DNA from: a virus
Reading direction: 5' to 3' (one strand)
DNA: 64,000 bases
Virus record (IMG/VR): IMGVR_UViG_3300032782_000007
Location: 1-64,000 of that record
The notes under the pieces are model-generated. The model ran no database searches. It was not told the DNA's origin and worked only from the letters and a program-made list of their open reading frames with translations. A program made the translations under genes and the position numbers. Shown here piece by piece: positions 58,750-64,000 of this stretch (position 1 is the first letter of the stretch; each line of letters begins with the position of its first letter).

Positions 58750-59655
58750 ATGTCTCGTCCAGTCATAGCTTCCTACCTTGCGGCCGGAACGTACACTTTT
58801 ACGCCACCTGCCGGTGTGTTCCTGGTCCTCGTACAAGGAATGGGGGCTGGCGGCGGCGGCGGCGGCGCGAGCGGTTCTTACGACACGGCCTCGCAGGGCG
58901 CCAATGGAGGCGCCGGAGGTGGTGGAGCGCGCGTTAGCTGGCAGTGGGTGCCGGTTGTTCCGGGAACGCCTATCACGATCGTTGTCGGAGCGGGCGGAGC
59001 CGGAGGGGGCGGAGGTGCAGTGGGTGTTAGCGGCGCGAATGGAACCGACGGAGCAGATACCACATTCGGCTCGCACACCTTTTACGGAGCCCAAGGTGGA
59101 ACCGGCGGGGACTTCGACGGTCAGGACGAGAAGTACAGCGTTGGCGGGATGCCCTCCCGGCTGAGTGGAAACCTTGCCCTTACGTCCATCGACATCAACC
59201 TCGCAAACCCTCAGCGGGTAGATGTTTCATCACCGGTCCCTGGTCAGGGAGGGATGGCGGTTATTACGTGCATCCCCGCGACCTCGAATAACGGGCACAT
59301 CGCCCTATCGAGGATGCTCCAACCGTTTGTGTTCATGGCAGGAGGCGCAACCGGTGCGGCCCAAGGAGGCGCGCAGGGACACGACTACGGGGGCGGTGGA
59401 GGCGCGGCTCCGCTACTTGTCGGCGACTTCTCTCCTGGCGGCGGAGGGGGCGCGTCGGAGTGGCCCGGTAACGTCGCAGGAACGGGTGGAGACGGTCCCT
59501 CATCGCGGTCAAGCCTTCAAGTGGGTACTGCGGGAACCGCGGGAACACTCGGGGCGGGCGGTGGCGGCGGCGGGGCTGGCACCCAGAATACGGCGGGACA
59601 GAATGGTGGCGCCGGCGGCGATGGGGCCCTCCAGCTCTTTTACTGGATCCCTTGA
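58750..59655 (+). CDS. Glycine-rich fibre-tip protein 3
   Basis: Paralog of the 57075 gene. Confidence 0.75.
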   Translation: MSRPVIASYLAAGTYTFTPPAGVFLVLVQGMGAGGGGGGASGSYDTASQGANGGAGGGGARVSWQWVPVVPGTPITIVVGAGGAGGGGGAVGVSGANGTDGADTTFGSHTFYGAQGGTGGDFDGQDEKYSVGGMPSRLSGNLALTSIDINLANPQRVDVSSPVPGQGGMAVITCIPATSNNGHIALSRMLQPFVFMAGGATGAAQGGAQGHDYGGGGGAAPLLVGDFSPGGGGGASEWPGNVAGTGGDGPSSRSSLQVGTAGTAGTLGAGGGGGGAGTQNTAGQNGGAGGDGALQLFYWIP

Positions 59656-59701
59656 GGCGTGAAAACCCCCGCATCGACTCAAGCCGCGATACTCTAAAGG
59701 C

Positions 59702-60118
59702 ATGACGGTTCGGCTTCGATACACAATTCAGGTGGGCGTTTCTTCGACAACGGCCGAGGAAAACGACCTTGGTAACCCAAAGTACGAAGTCGTGACCGAC
59801 ATCGAAGGCAAGGGTGGGACCTGGAAGACGACCGTTCCTACGATGACCACGGACGTGCTCCTCGCGATGGGAAACATCACGACAGCCCAGTTCGTGGTGA
59901 TTCGGACTTCTCCGAACGATCCAAACGATCCCGCCATCACCGTCTCGATCAAGAAGAACTCGACAGGCGGCGAGGCAACGCCCATCGTGCCCGTTGGAGA
60001 CTCCGTCGAAGGGATCTACGTGATCAGCACCGACTCGCTCACCGCGCTCTACGCGACCAACGCGTCCGCGTACGACGTCGATTTGACGGTCACCGTTGTT
60101 GGCGATTCGACGGCCTAA
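59702..60118 (+). CDS. Probable virion structural protein
   Basis: Thr/Val-rich beta protein; TACTCT 6 nt before the ATG. Confidence 0.6.
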   Translation: MTVRLRYTIQVGVSSTTAEENDLGNPKYEVVTDIEGKGGTWKTTVPTMTTDVLLAMGNITTAQFVVIRTSPNDPNDPAITVSIKKNSTGGEATPIVPVGDSVEGIYVISTDSLTALYATNASAYDVDLTVTVVGDSTA

Positions 60119-60146
60119 GGGGCCGGCCTAAGGGGCCGGGCGAAAA

Positions 60147-60158
60147 GTCCGTACGGAC
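60147..60158. repeat. Palindrome copy 7 (intergenic, after a 13-bp tandem duplication at 60111-60136)
   Basis: cgaaaaGTCCGTACGGACcttt. Confidence 0.95.
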
Positions 60159-60222
60159 CTTTCTGCGTCCAGGAAATCATGTCGTCCATTACTAATGGAC
60201 ACCCAGGAAAACGAGACAGCGT

Positions 60223-60543
60223 TCAGACCACGCCGTCGCGATGAAGGCAGTAGCCCAGCTTGAACACCGAATGGGCGCAACTCCTGCAGTAGACGAGATA
60301 ACCAGGTGGATATCCGAGCCGCTTCACCCAGACGCCGATAGTTGTGTTGGGAGCAGGTTTTTCGGTACCCGGCCCCTGGAGGACCGTCAGAAGCTCGATG
60401 AGCCTCTCGCCGCAGCAAACACATCGACCCCCGTAACGGTTGACGGCCTCTTCTCGTAGTCGTCGCTGATAGGCGCGCGAGTACCCTCGCTGGCGCTCTC
60501 GACGCTTTTCTAGCGTAATTGCAGATGTTCGCGAAGATCTCAC
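60223..60543 (-). CDS. Degenerate HNH-like Zn protein
   Basis: YGGRCVCCGE..ELLTVLQ (no DH)...YPPGY..YCRSCA...GYCLH; start codon uncertain. Confidence 0.55.
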   Translation of the reverse strand: MRSSRTSAITLEKRRERQRGYSRAYQRRLREEAVNRYGGRCVCCGERLIELLTVLQGPGTEKPAPNTTIGVWVKRLGYPPGYLVYCRSCAHSVFKLGYCLHRDGVV

Positions 60544-60667
60544 AATCCCACTTTAGCTGCAAACGGTCTATTTGGGCCCCGAATGAAGACTGACTCGCGT
60601 AGTGTTAGATGAATCGAACGCGCCCAAATCGGCGGCGGACAGAAATCATCAGCAACATCGAGGACCT

Positions 60668-61006
60668 ATGATCGTAACGCTCACAAACATCTCTGGAGTA
60701 ACCCTCAACGATCTCGACATCGTCGGACCGTCGCCGCTCGTGACGGCCAAGGGTGGACAGCGGAAGTACCCGCTTCCGTACCCGTTCGGTCACATCGGCG
60801 CGCTCGCCAACAGTGCCACCTCGGTTCTGCCGGTGAAGCTCCGCGATCTCCGCAAGGGCGGACCGGTCTCGTACGCGGCCACGCTCTCGCCGGACGAGGA
60901 ATGGAACCAGATGATCCAGGCCGGCCAGGTCACCTGGGGCATCGCCACCGAGACGACCGTCTCCGGCGTCAACGACACTGAGGAGATCTTCGTTCACGAC
61001 ATCTAG
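60668..61006 (+). CDS. Probable decoration/structural protein
   Basis: GAGGA RBS, strongly GC3-biased codons, followed by a terminator. Confidence 0.65.
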   Translation: MIVTLTNISGVTLNDLDIVGPSPLVTAKGGQRKYPLPYPFGHIGALANSATSVLPVKLRDLRKGGPVSYAATLSPDEEWNQMIQAGQVTWGIATETTVSGVNDTEEIFVHDI

Positions 61007-61059
61007 TCGTACACTCTCCTACATCTACTACTCGGTCGAAAGGCTCGGAGTGGGGGGAC

Positions 61060-61090
61060 CGAAAAGCGCTGCGAGGCGCTTTTCGTGTTT
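61060..61090 (+). terminator. Intrinsic terminator
   Basis: CGAAAAGCGC-tgcgag-GCGCTTTTCG followed by TGTTT. Confidence 0.75.
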
Positions 61091-61141
61091 AAGCGCCAAA
61101 CATTGTGCGGCGTCCATCAAAGTTGAAGTAGACTCTTCCGA

Positions 61142-61525
61142 ATGGGTACATTCACGCTTCAACCGGCCAAACTGTTTCAGACGCGGCTCATAGTGGACAA
61201 GTCCAAACCGATTGAGACGTACACGTTTCGTGAATTGGTCGCGCTCCTAGCGCCGCAGAACGAGCCGACGCAGCGCGCGCGTCTCGGATCGCTCAAGCCG
61301 GGCTACTTCGTAGGGACCTCTCACAGCGCGCGCAACCCGAAAAAGATCAACACGTTCTTTTTGGCGACATTCGGTCCGGGCGATCTCGCGCACGCGCTTC
61401 AAAAGGACCCCTCGTTCGTTGATCGCATGATCTCCGTGTACCGAGTGGAGACGACGGGCTACGACGCGAAGGTCGACGAACCCAAGAAGCTCCCGCGTGA
61501 TCCCGAAATCCCGCCAGAACCCTAA
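61142..61525 (+). CDS. Hypothetical protein (leaderless)
   Basis: TAGACT 7 nt before the ATG. Confidence 0.6.
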   Translation: MGTFTLQPAKLFQTRLIVDKSKPIETYTFRELVALLAPQNEPTQRARLGSLKPGYFVGTSHSARNPKKINTFFLATFGPGDLAHALQKDPSFVDRMISVYRVETTGYDAKVDEPKKLPRDPEIPPEP

Positions 61526-61549
61526 CAAACGCGATACCCTAAAAAGACG

Positions 61550-62074
61550 ATGGATCCGAAAAGCCTCCTCGAAGACCTTCAGGGCCTTCTCTCTGCATCG
61601 ACCGCTGCCCCCGCTACGCCCCATCAGTCGCCGCCTGAAGCGGTTTCGACCGCGGCCCGCCTCTCTGGCCTGCTCGAGGCGAAAAAGAGCGCTGGAGGCA
61701 TCCTGAGCAAGCACATGACGGGTAAACCGCCCAAGACTGCCGGCGACACTCTCAGCGGAGGGATGAAAGGCAAAGCCCCCACCCCTCACGAGGCGGGCAA
61801 AGCCAAGTCGGGTAAAGATCTCGAGCGAAAGATCCGCGCAAAACGAAAGTCCAAAGAAGGCGGCGGTCACAACCCGTTTAAAACCAAGACTAAGCTCGGA
61901 CCGGGCCCAAGAAAGGGGCGCAATTCGCAGACCTCGAAGTGGCACTGCAAGTGTTCCAACTACAAGTGCTCCTGTGTGGCGGGTAAACGACATAAGACCA
62001 TAAAAATCCAGCGTGCCTGGAAAAAAAATTACAATGCCGAATTCAAGGCATGGCGAAAACATCAACGATCCTAA
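61550..62074 (+). CDS. Very basic probable internal head protein
   Basis: N-terminus LLEDLQGLL; LLEA site; K/R-rich with WHCKCSNYKCSC. Confidence 0.65.
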   Translation: MDPKSLLEDLQGLLSASTAAPATPHQSPPEAVSTAARLSGLLEAKKSAGGILSKHMTGKPPKTAGDTLSGGMKGKAPTPHEAGKAKSGKDLERKIRAKRKSKEGGGHNPFKTKTKLGPGPRKGRNSQTSKWHCKCSNYKCSCVAGKRHKTIKIQRAWKKNYNAEFKAWRKHQRS

Positions 62075-62939
62075 GCAGTTAGGCGTAGTCTTGGACCTCA
62101 GAGGGCAATTCCCGGTTTCCTCCTCGAACGCTTTCCTCGTGTACGGGCTTCTGGATCCGTGGACAGGGGAGTTGCGGTACATCGGGCAAACGACGATGGG
62201 GATGAAACGTCCGCATCAGCACGCCACCCCCTACTACTTGCGTATCGAGGGAAATTCGTGGAAAGCGAATTGGATTCGGAAATTACTCCGCGACGGAGAG
62301 AAACCAATAGTCGTCATTCTGGACGAATCTTGCACGTCTGCAGAGATGGTTGCAGCCAGAGAGGTCGCGTTGATCGCGGAGTACCGCGCCAAGGGAGCGA
62401 GGCTTACCAACCAGAGCGAAGGCGGAATCGGGCCTGTAGGACTCAAGCGATCACGAGAGAGCGTTGAGCGAGGTGCTGCGAAACGGCGAGGGGCAAAGCG
62501 TACGCTGGAACAGCGTTTGCGCATGATGGAAGGTCAGGCCGCTAGAGGGAAGACAGCGGCGGATATCGAGCACGCCCGCGCAATGGGTTCCGCCTGGAAA
62601 GGCAAAAAACGCGATCCTGAAAGTGTTGCGAGGAGCGCGGCGGCACGCCGCGGTGTTAAGCGCACACCTGAGCAAATCGCGCGAATAAAGGCAGGGGCGG
62701 CGGCAGGACGAGCCGCGGCCGGACCGACCTCGGAGGAGACGCGCGCCAAAATGAGCGCCGCGCACGTGGGTAAGCCGAAGCCGGCCGGCTTTGCAGAGCT
62801 ACAGTCGCAGCTCCGCAAGGGGGAATGGGCCAAGCGAACACCCGAGGAGCGCCAGGCCATCGCTGCCAAAGCACAAGAGACGAGACGACGCAACAAAGCC
62901 GAGGCCGCAAGCGGGCCTGACAACCCGAAAGAAGGCTAA
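62034..62939 (+). CDS. GIY-YIG homing endonuclease with NUMOD3-like repeats
   Basis: VYGLLDP...RYIGQT, RE..LI...LTN..EGG, SEETRAKMSAAH; start uncertain. Confidence 0.85.
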   Translation: MPNSRHGENINDPKQLGVVLDLRGQFPVSSSNAFLVYGLLDPWTGELRYIGQTTMGMKRPHQHATPYYLRIEGNSWKANWIRKLLRDGEKPIVVILDESCTSAEMVAAREVALIAEYRAKGARLTNQSEGGIGPVGLKRSRESVERGAAKRRGAKRTLEQRLRMMEGQAARGKTAADIEHARAMGSAWKGKKRDPESVARSAAARRGVKRTPEQIARIKAGAAAGRAAAGPTSEETRAKMSAAHVGKPKPAGFAELQSQLRKGEWAKRTPEERQAIAAKAQETRRRNKAEAASGPDNPKEG

Positions 62940-62941
62940 TC

Positions 62942-63736
62942 GTGACCGGTCTTTTGTCGTTGTCCAAGGCGCTCACGTCGGGCATAGGGGAGCGCAAGGC
63001 GGAGTGTGCGATCCTCGAGTTGGACGATCAGGACAAGCCGACAGGGAACGACTACCTCGCCTTTCAGTACTTTCCTGAGACGATCCAGGATACGAAGGCG
63101 GTCAACTACGCGCACAAGGAGATCCCCGGAGGGTCGCTGCCGCTCTACCAGTGGGTGAGTGGAGGGGAGCGCGTCATTTCCTTTCAGGCGGTGTTCTCGG
63201 CAGACGTTGATATCCTTTCCGACCCCAAAGCGTTTCAGACGCTAGTGACCAAGGGGTACGTGAGACGGAACGTCGACATCCGCACCGCGCTCCTTTGGTT
63301 GAGGCGGTTTCAGATGCCTCGGTACGGTACGGTCCAGCAGTTGGGGGTACCGCTCACGCAGGCCCCGCGCAAACTAGTTCTGAGGATCCAGAACTCGGGC
63401 ATTGGTTTGACTGGCGGCGAGGTAAGTACGGCGGTTACGTCGAACAGCGCGCAAGCCGTCATATCAAAAGCAGGCGATTCCGGCAGCGAACTAGGTCTTC
63501 TCACCGACAGCCTCATAGCGATCATGATGCAGTGTCAGGTGCAGTACGAGTCGTTCTTCCCCAGCGGACTGCCGAGGCTTGCGGTGGTCCAGCTTTCGTT
63601 CGCGCAAACCGCACAAGTTGCAGGCGCGGTCTCTTTTCCCGCAGCTACAGAGAACCTCGACTTCATCGTTAACAATGGCCGAGGCTCGCCCAACGGAGAT
63701 TACGCGCCCTACCCGATCAAGGTACACTTCGAGTAG
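62942..63736 (+). CDS. CIS-tube/tube-initiator-like protein
   Basis: FQYFPETI...NY...IPG..LPLYQWVSGGER.ISF; FFPSGLPRLA. Confidence 0.7.
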   Translation: MTGLLSLSKALTSGIGERKAECAILELDDQDKPTGNDYLAFQYFPETIQDTKAVNYAHKEIPGGSLPLYQWVSGGERVISFQAVFSADVDILSDPKAFQTLVTKGYVRRNVDIRTALLWLRRFQMPRYGTVQQLGVPLTQAPRKLVLRIQNSGIGLTGGEVSTAVTSNSAQAVISKAGDSGSELGLLTDSLIAIMMQCQVQYESFFPSGLPRLAVVQLSFAQTAQVAGAVSFPAATENLDFIVNNGRGSPNGDYAPYPIKVHFE

Positions 63737-63739
63737 CCG

Positions 63740-64000
63740 ATGCCGCTTCGTAAGGGGAAATCGCGAGCCGCGTTCTCATACAACGTGGGGGAGCTTATTC
63801 GGGCCGGCCATCCAAAGGCCCAAGCGCTCGCGATCGCCTACAAGACAGCCGATGAGGGGATGGCGTCCTATCCATTTCCTGGTGGACCCGCACAAGGCTC
63901 CCTCAGTACGGGACTCCCTGCGAAGCCTGATGCGAACAAGATCTTCGATACGTGGCTTGCCAATCTGGGCCGCGCCCCAACTGCGAAAGATCGTGAGGCA
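63740..64000 (+). CDS. Phage protein, partial
   Basis: [34 protein letters not shown], a common small phage-protein motif; open to the window end. Confidence 0.65.
   Translation, partial: MPLRKGKSRAAFSYNVGELIRAGHPKAQALAIAYKTADEGMASYPFPGGPAQGSLSTGLPAKPDANKIFDTWLANLGRAPTAKDREA

Noticed and set aside
57075-59655. Diversity-generating retroelement or invertible fibre cassette
   Set aside because: No reverse transcriptase, invertase, adenine-specific template/variable repeat pair or inverted copies were seen
1-64000. tRNA genes, group I introns and T4 late promoters (TATAAATA)
   Set aside because: None recognised by eye; gene interruptions are in-frame inteins. tRNAscan-SE and Infernal would be needed to exclude them fully

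Overview
This 64 kb window is the morphogenesis region of a large, GC-rich myovirus, almost entirely on the + strand. It begins with the 3' end of a family A DNA polymerase. A T4-like head module follows: probable TerS, TerL with an HNH intein, a portal with two related LAGLIDADG inteins, core/scaffold proteins, a gp21-type protease and a gp23-type major capsid protein (MCP). An ~11 kb accessory island (15.3-27 kb) precedes the neck, sheath, two tube genes, chaperone, tape measure, baseplate and fibre genes, which resemble contractile-injection-system tails. Main observations: (1) the island encodes partial copies of the phage's own structural proteins (a Tat-signal MCP paralog and a portal-motif protein) alongside an Acb1-like 2H phosphoesterase and an orphan HigA, a candidate decoy/anti-defence module; (2) seven exact copies of the palindrome GTCCGTACGGAC, with a dead-HNH/tandem-RHH protein as a candidate binder; (3) an apparent programmed -1 frameshift in a head gene, in addition to the classic tail-chaperone one; (4) a structured leader RNA with alternative pairings; (5) many leaderless sigma70-type promoters. 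All assignments come from reading motifs by eye; no database searches were run.
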